The notes beneath the pieces are model-generated. The model was not told the origin of the DNA and searched no databases. It saw only the letters and a program-made list of their open reading frames with translations. The position numbers were made by a program, and so were the translations under genes. A stretch of 51,875 nt of DNA from assembly GCA_027604505.1 (NCBI GenBank), contig JADIIX010000037.1, positions 124,001 through 175,875 of the forward strand, written 5' to 3'. Source of the stretch: Gonapodya sp. JEL0774 (lineage: Eukaryota). This document shows positions 34,641 to 48,157 of the stretch, one piece after another. Every line of letters begins with the position of its first letter. The stretch's first letter is position 1.

Positions 34641-37559
34641 CCACAACCCCTACCAGGAACCTCACCTACTCCTTATAATCATCTGACCTCCGACCCTGCA
34701 GTAAGCTCTATGTCACCCTGGTGACACCTGGCACCCCTCACCACACCTGTGGTTTGCATCTCCCTGTTTCTGTCATTTGCCTGTTCGTCATGTCTGACCT
34801 TGCTTCCGCTTCCCCAGATTATGTCTCCATGATCTGGCAAGCATGCCAGCAACAAAACCCCCTCCCTGGAGGGACGTCCTTGCCACAGAGCGCAGCAATA
34901 ACATCACCATGTACACTCTGCTCTCAAAGAACTTGTTGCCGCTGCCGCCTCCAAGGCAGCCAAGGAAGCTCTAGCGTCCCACGTGATGCCTCCTTCTTCT
35001 TCTGCTGTGATTGGTCTCCCTCGTGTCATGGCTTTGCAAAGCTAGTGCTGTGGAGCAGCGCACACATCCTCCTCTCATACACCAGGATTCCAGAGCAACC
35101 ACCTCTGATGGCTGACAAGTCAGTGCACCATTTGGGCATTTTGAGCTGCAAATAATCACTTCACACATTTTCAGAATGTCATCTTCGCAACCAGTGGCTC
35201 GCCCGCAGGTAACATTCAGCCACAAGATGGAATCAAGAACTGCAATGACATGCCGGAATTGGAAAGCATACCCGATATTGAAATTGAAGCAGAAAAAGCA
35301 AAATCACTCTCGCCAACAGGTGGGTATGGCATGTCATCAATATCAACTGCTTTGCTATATGTACTGAACTTCTGCTTTGCAGGAACAATTTGAATATCTG
35401 CGCTTCAGGGAACCAATTGTTGATGAGTGTCACCAAAGAGGAGCCTACATAACCCATGGGTTGTCAAAGCTCTTAAAAGCGCCTGGCTCAACTGACATTT
35501 GAGCAAATGAAATGTAGTGCAATATTTGAACCGAATATTACTAACTTAATCCTAGAAATACGAGAGTGTGATGTGTGCCACGCAAAATTGCAACAGAGTT
35601 ATGCTGTTAGCGGCCACAGACCAGACGCATTCCTTGCTTCACTGACAAAATGCCTGCAGTGGATGGGTGGCAGCTCCAAGCACCCAATCAGTGCAATCAA
35701 AAAGTTGATCCCCACTCCTGCCACAATCGAGGTGCGTGGCAATTTGGCTTCGCTGCTTGAGAGTGTGGAGGTTGTACCGGGACAAATCTACAAGATCTCA
35801 CTTGATGAGATTGACAAGGATCATGTTGTGAACGTTCAGCTTCTTATTGCTCAAATGGAGACTCTCACACCAATCATGTACAGTTTCTGTCACTGTTTCC
35901 AATGTGTTTAGTGCGTTTCACCCCATTCTTTCACAGAAAATCAATCGATTCACATGGTTTCCATTGTAACAATGGGATGCTTGTCATGTGAAAGGGACCT
36001 AGAGATGCTGCCCCCCATGGGATTGTCGATGGGCAGCACAGGAATGCAGCTGCCAGGATTATCCTACTCAAGTGTATAACTCTTTTGTACGAGAGGAATG
36101 GGAAAGCATATTCATAACTGTTTTGAGTGACATCACACTAGTTCAATTGATTACTGTAGGCACATGAGATGGGGAATCTTGAAAACATGAAGACTTATCA
36201 GCTTGCCTGTCTTGGAAGAGATGAGGATATGTTTAGTGAGAACCAACTGGCTCAGCTTACATTGCTCTGTGTCCAAATACTCAGGGTGAGTCTATTTTAT
36301 ATTGATTGCAATGTGGGATAATATTTAACTATACGCTCTACCAGACTGATGCCCCAAAACTTGATCTCACTATTATTGGTAACTCCTCAAACACAATCAG
36401 TGCAACTTCTGTTGCATCTACATTTTATGAAAAACTATGGAACCTTCAATTTATATTGAAGGAAATTAGTGATCTTGGTATGGTTATGAGTACCAGTCAG
36501 AAATTGGTGTTTTTTGCACAGAGATGAAAGGTTCCACTTTGAACCATTACAAAAACACATTGAAACTTGCTGTGGGTCCCTTAATCAGTTGGTTGAAAAC
36601 ACATTAATGAAATGTATTCCCACAGGTTCTTCCATATGTGAAGAGAGATTTTGGAAAGCACAGAAGGGAAGGTGTTATATTCAATATCGCCAATCTATCT
36701 AGCTTGCTCCCAGTTAAGGACAACAATGCTGTGGTAGGTATGGCTCAATGATACAAATACACATTCCTGCATCCAAACCATGTACATGCAGTTGGGAGCA
36801 TTGGAAGAATCTTGAGAGACAAGCAACAAAATGTCTCCTGAAAAACTGCTCGCATGTGTAACAAAGCACATAGTCACTTCAAAATGATTGCAGACTTGGA
36901 GGGTCCAAAGTACAACTATGTGTCTGCAGAGAACAAAGCAGTTGTTAAGAATGCAATCAACAGTGGTAGGTATTTGTTTTAATGTTTATGTAGCTGTGAC
37001 TTATAATATCCTTGTTAGGGGAGTATTATAATGTCAAAACAACTGTAGCAAGTATTCAGAAAGTGCTATGAGAGTTTTAAGGTAAACCTGTTTCACAGCA
37101 GGCTTCTGCACCTCTATCTCAATCAGACTCAGGGCATGCAGCTGACTGAGGCCTGTGTGCTGGCGACTCCAGACTCCACCTGTGTCTACTGTTGGTCAAA
37201 TATAGTGCTGCTGAAGAGGGCAAGAGGAAGGACAACGGAGGCCTAGAGGGGGTGGGGAGTTATGGGCAAAAAACCTGCGGTGCACACCCCGAACGTGTTC
37301 CCCCACCATCTCCCACAGTCACCGCTGAAACACCAATCCTGTGCCCAACACCATCCCCACCTAGACCCCCAGGCAACAAACCCTCCCCACCAGATGCCAC
37401 CCTACGAGTACCTATATTGACGTGTCCCCTGACACCTATGACCATCCCAGCAACCAGATTAATCCCACCCCGCATTCCCGCCACCCTGTCTACCAGCCCA
37501 CTGTCCCCCTCCCAGCACCAAGGCCAAAGCCAATCAGAGGCGCGAGCTCCAGTCTGCCA

Positions 37560-38400
37560 CAAACCACACCTTGAGATCGGGGCTGTTTGGTAAGTAAGTG
37601 AGGACGACATCAGAGCTCCAGTCCCCCACCATCCAGACCAAGTCCAGCTCCATCCCTACTTGCTTGGCCACTGCTGTGCCGCTTGAACAGAATGAGTGCC
37701 ACATGACCCTCCCCAGGGTTGGCACAACTCCTGCCTTTGCCACCAAGTCCTGGAGCTGACTCTCCATCCACATGTATCCCAGAGGGAGTGGAGCAGGGGG
37801 GAGGAGGTCCTGGAGGTGCTTGTAAATGGCGAAGGGGCAGAGGCAGGGCCTGGGGATTGCTCCAAGGGGTTGGACCAGGAGACGCAAGTGGTCTTGGACG
37901 GTCTTGGGGCCCCAGGTGTGCCGCAAGAGTGCATCGCCGTCTGGAGACAGCCAGAGATCATTGTGACCACAAGTCAGGCAATATCATGGCAGGAGACGCC
38001 AAGATTTGATCCACGATAGAGACCTGAGAAAGCGAGCGTGATGAGAAAAAGGAGGATGGATCCAGAGGCCGTGGAGGTGTCACAGGCTTTGGCAAGGGAG
38101 AGAGTAGGGGTGTGTTTGGGGAGCTTGCCCTTGGTGCACTTGAGAGCCTTGAAAATTTTTTTGACGCTCCAGTCCTTGTCCCAGCTGACAGGGTAACAAA
38201 ATTAACAGTGCAGCTGGTAGAGGGCCCCAAAGTAGCGGCGGACTGAGATAGGGGTGAGTGCTTGGCTGAGGAAGATAATGTACACGGAGATGATGCTGAC
38301 AGAGGCGAGGAGGCATCGCCAGAGACTGTAGGTGAGGGCAAAGCGGACAAAGGCGAGTTCCTCAGACACGCAAGAGGTAGCAGTAGAAGGTAGCTTAGTT
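37560..38400 (-). pseudogene. DIRS tyrosine recombinase, inactivated
   Basis: FSGLYRGSNL (catalytic R), PSKT, CLCP, HSFCSSG (HxxR with R>C), GDWSSDVVLTYL (W and catalytic Y). Confidence 0.85.
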
Positions 38401-38429
38401 GGCAAAAGCAGAGGCTGTAGGGCAGGGGT

Positions 38430-39900
38430 TAGGGGTATACCTGCAAGAGAGTAAATGAGACAAAGCGTTAGCTAATGTGTTAGAGGCCGCAGGGATGTGC
38501 CGAGCTGTTAAACGGATATTGTTGATAGCAGAGACCAAAAAGAGATGCCAGAGAAGGGGGAGTACCAGATTCCTTGTCCTGATCAAGCCCTGGCAGTGTC
38601 CTGCATTAACCACAACACAATCTGTGAGTTGTTAGTATCCAGCCATAGCCAGCACCAGTGCAATTGAGGGATACCCTGTACTGCTGCAAAGAGTTCCACA
38701 ATTCCAATGTGTTTTTCATCATACTCCTCCAACTGCCACCCCTGTCCCTCCATTCACCACCTGTGCCCAGCCCCAACCAAGCCCTGACGCATCAGACTCC
38801 AACCGCACCCCCAGGTTAGGCTGCAAGAGGTTGAACAGTAACCAACAGAGATCTAGCAGTCCCATCCATCACAAGAACCACAGAAATGCATCTGCCAGCT
38901 TGAGAGTGACCCTTGTGCAATGGTGAGGCAGGCAGAGTGAGGAGGTGTTTGAACACTGGCTGGGCAGAGGTCCTGGCCCCAAACACCACTCCCCCGACCG
39001 ATTCCAACTCCTTTGTTTGAGACTTTCTTCTTCTGTAAAATCCCCTCAAAGATCCCTTGAATCTTCACACACTGGTCCTCTGGTATTGTAACCACCATCT
39101 GCTCTGTGTCATAATCAAAACTAAGAATGAGTCCCTGTGTCGGCAGTGGCTGGTCGTTCTGGTGTTCAACCATCATTCCAAATATTCAGCAATCTCTTCC
39201 CGAGTAGCAAAATCCCTCACTACCTTTGCCAAGTATGCTGGGGCAGAAGACGTGCCGCCTTGTTGGTGCACTGGGATGTTGTCGTCCAGAAAGGGCTTGA
39301 GCCCTGGAATCCCATAGGTGTAGTGCAAAATATTTGGATACACCACTGCAAACTGCATGTAGAGAAAGCACACCCAAGTGGCGCCAAAGCACATTTGCGT
39401 GTCAAAGAGGAGGCCCTCATTGGGATGCCAAAGTGTGTAAAAGCCGAACTCCGCTGGAGCAATCCTCACAGTCCTGCACAGACGGAAGGCACCCTGGTCC
39501 ATTGGTGACAATAAATCTTGTCGCGTGAGGGGTACCGTGGCACATCCCAGAAACCCAGATTGTTTGTACAGAGCCCCTCTGGATACGAAGCATTCGTGAC
39601 AATGCGCCTTTTGCCGTCTCCAATGTCCTTGGGGACCAGCCCCATAGAGTTGGTGTGCCGCGCTGATGCCCAGTCCCCACGCACAAGTCCGGCAGCAATG
39701 CCCTCCAGGCCCATTTTCTCCAAACAGTGTAATTGGGTGCAGGACTCTTTGAAACGTCCATCGTTGGGACACCATCCTGAGGCCACCCCGGCAGATGGTC
39801 CCACTTTGCACGCAACATCACTGGCAACCAACCAGTCTCAAAGTCCCAATCCCTCCAGCCCAGCACATCACCATCCCAACCCTCCAACACTGGCCACTCC
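38430..39900 (-). pseudogene. DIRS reverse transcriptase + RNase H, frameshifted
   Basis: SMGLVPKDIGDGKRRIVTNASYP; QMCFG; KPFLDD (YxDD equivalent); LESDASGLGWG; IVELFAA; HIPAASNTLANALS. Confidence 0.85.
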
Positions 39901-40099
39901 CATGCATCTCCCACCATGCTCTCCCATACCATTGTCCGCAGCACACCCCTCTTAACCAACTTATTGCAGGGGCACTGGCCCAGTCGAGGGACCAGCGCTG
40001 TGTCCAGCCGTGTAAGGGAATGCAAACGAGTTCATCATCCATGGTGTAACTTGAGGCCAGGAGACCTGGGGCGCAGTGGCGGTGTGCAGAGCAGAAGCA

Positions 40100-41380
40100 G
40101 TGTGTGCAGGGGGAGGGGGGCAAAGTGTAGGGCACACGCACCCAAAGTGCTGTGGGTTGTTACAGTGCATGCACGCATGAGTGTAGGAGCAAGTGGCCTG
40201 TGCAAAGAGCCCATTCGGCCACTTTGGGCAGTACTGATGGCCTGGGTATAGCATTATTGAGATTGCTGGACAGCGTGGGGGCGGACCAGGGATGAGAGAT
40301 ACTTGGGTGAGGCGTGTTGGTATGTTTGGCATGGGAGGCAAGCTGCCCAAGACAGAGATCCAGCGATAGGGTGGGGATTGTAATGGCCGCCTGTGGGTCT
40401 GTGAAGGAGAACCCTGCCACTGCCTGACAGGCGCTGAGGAAGTTGTTGCACACAGCTATATTACCGACTGTATACCCCTGGAAATGAGCCCAACTGAAAG
40501 AGTGCCGCACAGTGCTTGAGGTACGACAGGGAGTCCACCCCTTTTGCTGCCAAGAACAACACCATAGGCACGCATCAAGCAAAGTAGTTGCCCAGATTGA
40601 AATCTTTCCGTAAGACCGCTGTGATGGGCACCAACCACAACACTGAGAGATCCAGAGTGGCAAGCCTTTTCTGCGCAAAGAGGAAGGCAACCCGCAAGTA
40701 TTCTAGATCATTTGAGGCCCACTGCTGTAAACCCGAGGGGAAATGAAGCGAGATGAAGTGGCAGAGATGCACAGGGAACCCTGGGGCCTGTAGGATTTTG
40801 GATCTTTGGGTCCAGCATTCACCACTGTGCTCCTGCACCCGAGACAGATCAACCCCGGTGGAGCCTGTGACAGCATTCAAATGAGAGCAAGGGGTGTCTG
40901 CAGAGACTGTTTTTGCAGTCCATTGCATGGTGGGGGCATGAGGGTCGGTGGGTGTGAGGAGTGCCAACAGTGGCAGGTCAGAGTGCTGGAAGAACCCAGC
41001 ATTCGGCAACTTAAACCGCACAGTTGTCGCTGAAGTGACTGAGGAGGGAGCAGGGTAGGGGTCAGATAGGGCAACAAAGGCATGGAGACAAGAGAGGAGA
41101 GCCCTCTGGGACTTTGCCTCACATCTGCAATCGGCATACTCCTGGTCAATATCGATGTGCAAAGTGGTCACTTGAGCAGCAGATGAGTCCAATGAAAGAG
41201 TGGGGTCCTTGACAAAGCAGGTGTAGGAGCCATCTGATTCATGGCCCAGGTTGACCACCACTTTGGACGCTGGGACATTGGGATCAGCGGAAGATCCAGC
41301 CCTGCCATGACGTTTTCCCCCTCATTGACCCCCAGTTTGCTTGATTTTCTGGGCTTTGAGGGCACTGTTGGCGGCATCGG
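40100..41380 (-). pseudogene. DIRS ORF1 (gag-like) with C-terminal zinc finger
   Basis: CPKWPNG..CSYTHACMHCNNPQHFGCVCP Cys/His pattern just upstream of the RT, as in DIRS/Ngaro gag. Confidence 0.65.
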
Positions 41381-42521
41381 ACTGGAGAGTGGGACAACCC
41401 TGAGGGCAAAAATGACAATTCCCCCACTGTGGCAACCACGTCAGAACCGCGCTGCAACGTGAGAGTGGTGCGGGGGTGGGGACAAGGAGACTGCGTGCAG
41501 GGGGCCCTAGACTGCAGCAGCACATGAGCCAGGCAAAAACCCATACAGGTTTTTGCCCCCAAAAAAAGATTGATGATGTCCCTGAAGTGGTTGAGAGTGA
41601 TAAGGAAGATTTTGACAAACCTGACAATAGTTTGTCTTCGAAATCTAAAGCTGATGTTAAGAAGAAAGCTAAATCAGGAATTTTAATTAAGGTGGTTAAT
41701 GTGCTTGCATTCAGATCTTGTCTGATTTTGTTCTAACAGTCTTCAATTTAAGGAGGATGAGCAAGTAGATGTAAAAGGAAAATCTGTGGTTAGAGTGTAC
41801 GCCCAGCCATTTGACACTCCTGATGTCATCTTGGAATAGCATGAAGCTCAACTAGCCAACAAATATCTTAAAGCAGGACTAACTCCAAAGAAGAACACCT
41901 TTCAGCTTTGTATTTTGAGAGATTCCTCAAAAGACGCTCCTTAATATTCCGTAACCAGAGAATGTTATCAACTTCTGAAGAAAGGTGTCATACTCCTCTG
42001 GGTGAGTTGAATGACGTTCAGCAAGATTTTGAATAAGATTTTCTTGATTTGGGAACAACTGGGTAAGTCCTGTGTTGTCATCTGAGTGCTTGGGTTACTG
42101 ACATGTGTTGCCTGTTCAGGATCATGTCATATGCTCTAAACAATATTATTGCCCTGGAAACATGCCCTGCCAAATCTCTACTTGTGACATCTAGCAAACA
42201 TTCAGTTACATTTGTGTCCTCATATAAAGCTTCTACTTCCAATGTTGATGATGAGGGCAGATAGTCCAGATGAAGATGGACAAGATGTCCAGATCAAACG
42301 TACAGGAAAAAACAGCAGACTGTCCGCTCCTGTCATTATTGAAAGTGATGCTATGGATGTTGATGATGAGGTGGATGAAGTGGCACAGAATCTTGACAGA
42401 ATTGAGGATGAATGGGTCAAGAAGATAGATCATGAGAAGTTGGGTAACACAACACAACCAGACAACAAGGTCATTAACAATGCACGTTTAAAGACACTCT
42501 AGAAGGAAGGTTCACGTTGGA

Positions 42522-43000
42522 TGTTGCAGCACTGCGACTTAGTGTACTTCGGCCTGTGCCTGCTCCAGCATACTGGCTCAGTGCGCAGCATGTGCAGCAG
42601 TGTGCAGTACTTTAAGGTAAGTAGCCATTACATAAGGAGAGATGAACTAGACTGTATTGAGTGAGAACATTACAAGATAAGATTTCTGTACTGGTGAAAC
42701 TGTGTCCGACAATCCTGCATCTGAATCCCGAACTCTGAACCAGCGCACCTGACACTATTAATACATTTACAGTACCACTGGACTCAAGTAAACTGTGGAA
42801 AACTCACCTTCAATATCAGTCACAAATTCTAACATCAATTTTGTTAGTGTGAGGCTGAACCTTGGCAGCAACCTAGACAGCTGGAAAATGGTATTTAGTA
42901 TTGTTGCAAGCCAACCAGGAATCTTTGATTACGTACTGGGTAAAGTGCCGAAGCCGTCTGATAGTCCACTCAGATCTCCTGTGACCTGGGAATGCAGAGC
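42522..43000 (+). mobile_element. Probable Ty1/copia 5' remnant (LTR-like segment and gag N-terminus)
   Basis: TGTTG start at 42522, a TGGT motif at ~42692, then VRLNLGSNLDSWKMVFSIVASQPGIFDYVLGKVPKP, which resembles the copia gag N-terminal motif. Truncated. Confidence 0.4.
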
Positions 43001-43387
43001 GTGGTGTGCAGTGGGCAAAACCCATGGTCGCGTTGTAAGTGACTCATTTGTATTCATTGCAAATTGACTCATGTAATCTTATCAGCATTATTGTACTGCA
43101 GTTATGTGAAGAAATGAGACCAATCCCACTTCATTTTACCAGTCAAACAAGCTGAGTTTTATGCTCCCAACTCATAGTATTTTCCCCTGTGTCACATACC
43201 TTGTGTGCAGCAAAGTCATGATAACTAAATTCTGTGCAACCTCTCTATTATCTCTGCAATGTTTGTAGGAAGCCACTAGCCAATGAGTGTGAATGGTGTT
43301 AATGACACTGCAAGCACAGAAACAACACATTTGCCAGCCTCTTTTGTATATTAATACTTACAAATGGGATCTTCACTAAATCATTGA

Positions 43388-46300
43388 TTAGTCTTCTCTC
43401 ACTCTCCAATTTGTTGACTTGCCTGAAATTGGAAAAATCTTGGTGATCTTGGTGAGGCTAAACTATTACTCAATTCTCACCAAAGTCATATATTTCTTCT
43501 AAAACATCCTTGAACTGTCCAGACTGGTTGAGCTCCTCATATTTGTAGTAAAGTTTTAAAGCCTTTGGAAAAAGAGATTCCTGTTTTATGTGGTTGCCTG
43601 TTCAAAAACTAACAAAAGGCAGGAGCTTCACTGTTCGAGCATCCTCAATAGAATCATGCATATCTCTTTGGATCTCCTCCTTTAAAAGATACCATGCCAG
43701 AAACTTCAACCCAATTCTCCTGGAAAAGGAGGAACTTAACTTCAATAAGATACATCATCACAAAATGGAACTTCATAGTAACCTCTGTTTTGCTTTTGTG
43801 TAATATAAATCAACAGTATCAATAATCTGAGATGGTGGTACCAAGAGATCTATATTGTGGAATTCTTATGAAATGAAACAGAGTGTTAGCATTGCATTTC
43901 TGGAACTCACTAATGATTCTAAAATCCTTAGACAGTCCATGGCCAAGAAACCTGCACCCAAGATCAACAAGCAATCTCAATTTCCTGTATGCAAATTTGA
44001 AAGGTACAAGATTATGTTTTGAGGAGTTTGGATCAAGGTCCTCAGCTATGCAAGCCAAATTCACTGATGACATTCACAGCAAAGAAAAACAAGAGTCAAG
44101 AAATGCTAAACATACGTTTTATGCCTGAGAATTCTGTTAAAAAATCAACAACTGGTTCATTTGTGACGACATAGTCATCAATCAGTGGTACACCCTGGCT
44201 TGCTCCTTCACCACGAAGCACACTAACCCTTGCTAAACCAAGTCGTGCTGGTCTAACAAGGGACTTTGAGCCATCACTGCGAATCTCAATCTCTTCCTGA
44301 AGTAGCTTAGTTTAGTGAACAATGAAGGTTGAAGCTGTCAAAGGCTTTAGCAAACCTTGCTGAGGGCAACAAACTCTGCATCAATTGCAATTATGAAACC
44401 TGGTTTTGCTGGAATTTCTCCAACCTGTAATGGGTTGACTGAAGAGCGAATCTTGTGCCGACTGAACAAAACAATTTCCTAATTAAAGAGAACCTTTGAG
44501 CAGACACAGAATACTTACTTCAATACAGTTGAATCTTTCAGGAGAATACTATTGTCAGGCTTTGTAGGCATGTCACTCAAGTTTAGTGATCTTTGTCCTG
44601 AACATTGTTGGTAGTGAAGAACAGCAGGAATCTATGTGATGATTAACTATTGCAGTTAACCTGTTGTATTGAAGAAGAAACTTGTGTACCTTCCACTTTG
44701 CAAACTTCCTGGCCTCAGAGCGGTCCACAGGCTCAACTCTGAAGTCATTAAAGAGAACCCAGCTACTGTTGCCCACTGGAATCTCAAAAATTATCAAACT
44801 GATCCACAAGTACTTCAGGGAAAGTGTACACACCATCAATAAATGAGATGAGATGACTTGATTTCTCATCAACAATGTCTGCAACAACTCCCTGTTTAAA
44901 AACAACCATTGATACAAGTGGTAAAGTCAAGACTTTGAAGAATCTTAAAGACCTGTAATTCGTACACAGTTACACCAGGTGCAGCAGTGATTGCAGTAGG
45001 AGGAGCATCATAGAACTCTAAAAAGCTCAAAGTGGTCCCATCCATTGTGACAACAATGTATGAAGGAAGCTCAGTCTTGGAGGTGTCTGTGCAAAGGTTC
45101 AAATGGATTGTGTTACACAGTCTCTCCAAGAATGACTTACCTGCCCAAAACTCTACTTGCTCTTCTCCAAGCACAGCACAGTTTATTGTTAGGTGTAAAG
45201 GAAGACCTTGAAGAATCCTACTCTGCACTATCAGGCAGTAATCATGGCACTGATCACACCACGCTTTAGTAATGTTCTCCCTTCGAACACTAGTTTCCAA
45301 AATATCAGCAAATGACTGTGAAGTTGAAGAAACTGGCTGAAAATAGAAGCACCTCAGTGGACAACAAACTTAAGGATAGTACATTTTTTACTCTACCTTT
45401 CTGGGGTAAACCAGGTCAAGCACAAATGGGGCAATTGGTTTAGTGGTAATAACTCCACAAACTTGACAGTGACTACTGGATGTCATTTGTAGTGCATATA
45501 ATTCTTGAATAAGAGAGAGTCCCTCTCTACTAGTTGGCCATATAGCAGATGCTCCCTTAGAATCTTGATGCAAGTCTGATTTAAGATGTTTACTTTTTCC
45601 AGTAGGCTCTGGGCTATTACTCTCTTGGTGCAAATGCTCCAGAATAAACCTAGAAAACGTTTGAATTAATGAGTTGTAAGATACTGGTGTACCTGAGGAT
45701 AGATGGGAAGGCTCAAGAAGACCCAATCCACTTGCTGGTGAAGTGTTATTGTTGGAAAAATTTTGAGGCATTGAAGTAGTACATGTCAGGCACTGAAGAG
45801 GTTCTATGTGGCACTGTAACGTCACCTTGAGGTAGTGTTGACAAAGCACGTAGGAAATTTGTTGCTTGGCAGTTGGCACCCTCTGCATCTTCAAGCATTC
45901 CTGCATTGTCCCACATGAAGATTTAAATCAGAATAACATGTCACATCACACCAAACATACTGAAGAGAAACCCAAGTTCACACATTAAGCAATACTCTCT
46001 CAAGCAGTGAGTTAAGATGTGCCCTTTGCAGATAACACGTAAATACTGAGTGAAAAACAGAACCTGAATCATTGCATTGCAGTAAGAGTTTGCAATGTGT
46101 GTCTCCAGGCCAGCATAATGTGTTTTGTTATAAAATCTGAACCAATTATGATAACAATATGGGAACTTGGATAAAGATAGTATTGTCCTCACCCAAAGTC
46201 AAAATCTTCAACACCAAAACGACTGTACTTTATCTCCACTTTCCTGTAAATTTCAGGAATTTTGCTGTTTGAAATTTCACCTGAACTTCGGATGGGTAGT

Positions 46301-48070
46301 TTCTTTGGTGATGAGACCTGCACAAACTTTCATTAAGTGATTCTGCATTGCTTGGAGATTCCCTTTCAACATCACCTGTTTTGATTGTAGCTTCTGGCCA
46401 AACAACTTCTCACGGTCTTGCTCACTCCGAAATTTAGGCCCACTGGGGATGGCATCTGGAACTCCCCAGAAATACACCTGATTCCTGTGATATTGTCCAG
46501 GATTTTGGGCATATCCGACAAAGTCTGTAAACTTTGCACTAGCAAGAACTTCTGGTGGGACCTGTGGAGGAATCCTGCTAGCTAAATATGTTTGGCTTGA
46601 TGGCCAAAATGCTGAGAGTAATTGCTCATTATAATAGGGCATGCCAATGGAGGATAATGGTCTTGTAGCACATGTAAGTCACTCATTTAAAACACACTTG
46701 AACAAAAGACCCCTCACATTTTGTTGTTCTCAGGTGCAATGTGCATGATTGAATGATCCAGAGGTGAAACAACCTCAGTAGGTCTAGAGTAAGGATTAAC
46801 CTTGACTTCATTCTTTGCAGACCAGATTTGTACAGTTCCTGTTGTGTCACCAAATGCCATTATTTCACCAGAAGAAGACATTTTCATGGCAGAACAGAAT
46901 CCCTCAAAGGGTACCTGAAAGTAATTAACAAGTTGTTGCATGAAGCATTCAGTCAATCCAAGTTTGTTGCACTCACATGGTAGAAACTAGCAATGCCTGA
47001 TGGGTTACCAATGTCTGTAATTTGCATGGAACCATTCTGTGAAAGAATGATGGCTGTTGACGCGAGGCGAGGGTGGAACATTAAACAGCTCGGTCCATTT
47101 GGAAAGGCAACAGGTGCTAAAGATCTCATCATCCTCATGTCATAGACTTTCACAAAAGGGTCAGGTACATTCTGCCCAGATCTGACCACAATATTTATGT
47201 CACATATGGAGACCGCAGTCAACTGCACCATCACTTTACCTATGGGAATAGCCACAAGTTATGAGCATGTTTCCTGTAACATCAAGGTCTGTGATCCCTC
47301 CAGAATATGCTGATACTGTGTTTTCAACTTTGAGTGTTTTGGGGTCGTAGAACTTCACGGTACCATCATCAAGACCACCACAAATCATTCGAGACTTCTT
47401 GAGGACAATCACATTGCCTTCAGAATTTCCCTACACGGTTTACCAACCAATGTTCAAAATCAAAGACACTGATGGGTCAAGTTGTACAGCAAAATTGGCA
47501 GGTGACAGTCAGTGGATCTCACGCTTTTGGTCACAGTTCCTCTCCCAACATTGACGATACTCATTGTAGTTTGATGACCAGCAGCAAGGATTTCAAACGC
47601 TGATAGAAGACACATGGCTGTTAGATCTTTGAAGTTGTCAGGCCTGTCCAGGCATGTTGGTTGACAAATGAAGGAAGCTTCAAGCAGCCATTTTCTCAAG
47701 GTAGCTGTACCTCAGTGACCATTTCAACAAACCACGTCGATGTACGGAAGAAATTGATTGTGGGCCGAGACAAATTACTGCCGAATCGTGCAGAAGAAGC
47801 TGTCGAATGGGACCTTCAACAGCATATCGTGAGGTGTAGGGGCTCATTTGCTGACTCTCCGACTGGAAAAGACAGGAGACAAGATGCCCCTACAAGGAGA
47901 TGTCACTTCTAAATCCGAAATGGCCCTGAAAACGAGTTTTGGGTATCGCTCACCTGATCATCGCCCATCCACAAAAGCTCCTCAAATGAATCCAGCGCTA
48001 ACGTCGAGATTGGAGATCCCTCCATGCTTATTCGACCTGTTTCATGCCACTCCCCCTCCGCTGTTGCCAT
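43388..48070 (-). CDS. PAN2: PAN2 poly(A)-specific ribonuclease (WD40, pseudo-UCH, DEDD exonuclease), multi-exon
   Basis: [129 protein letters not shown]. Confidence 0.95.
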
Positions 48071-48157
48071 GATCGTATGCTGGTCTTGAGTTCGGTATTA
48101 AATTATTTTTGGTGAAGATATTCACGCCACCAACTCCAACCAATATCACATAAGCTC
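48071..48157. promoter_or_regulatory. Very short divergent intergenic region (PAN2 / HDAC), probable bidirectional promoter
   Basis: Only 87 bp separate the two inferred, oppositely oriented ATGs. Confidence 0.5.

Larger units (their letters stand above)
37128..41540 (-). mobile_element. Degenerate tyrosine-recombinase retrotransposon (DIRS/Ngaro group)
   Basis: Order gag-like ORF, RT, RNase H, tyrosine recombinase; no integrase or protease; many frameshifts and stops. The 3' terminus is shared with 51765-51866. The 5' boundary is approximate. Confidence 0.9.
34790..42502 (+). pseudogene. Spliced ParB/Sulfiredoxin-fold (DGQHR) gene, decayed and split by a DIRS element in an intron
   Basis: Splicing out 35878-35936 gives YKISLDEIDKDHVVNVQLL..TPI|IKSIDSHGF..MLVM*KGPRDAAPHGIVDGQHRNAAAR, and later DLTIIGNSSN..STFYEKL. 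Exons stop at a GT donor at ~37082 and resume after ..CCATACAG at ~41548 with acidic/lysine-rich exons. Confidence 0.55.

Noticed and set aside
37200..37290. CTGAAGAG as a possible hammerhead ribozyme core (also at ~51849)
   Set aside because: No stem II followed by GAAA and no stem III/UH could be built; the second copy is cut off by the window edge.
43388..47400. PAN2 as a pseudogene because of CpG loss
   Set aside because: The exons I translated are open and the DEDD residues are intact. Not every junction was verified.
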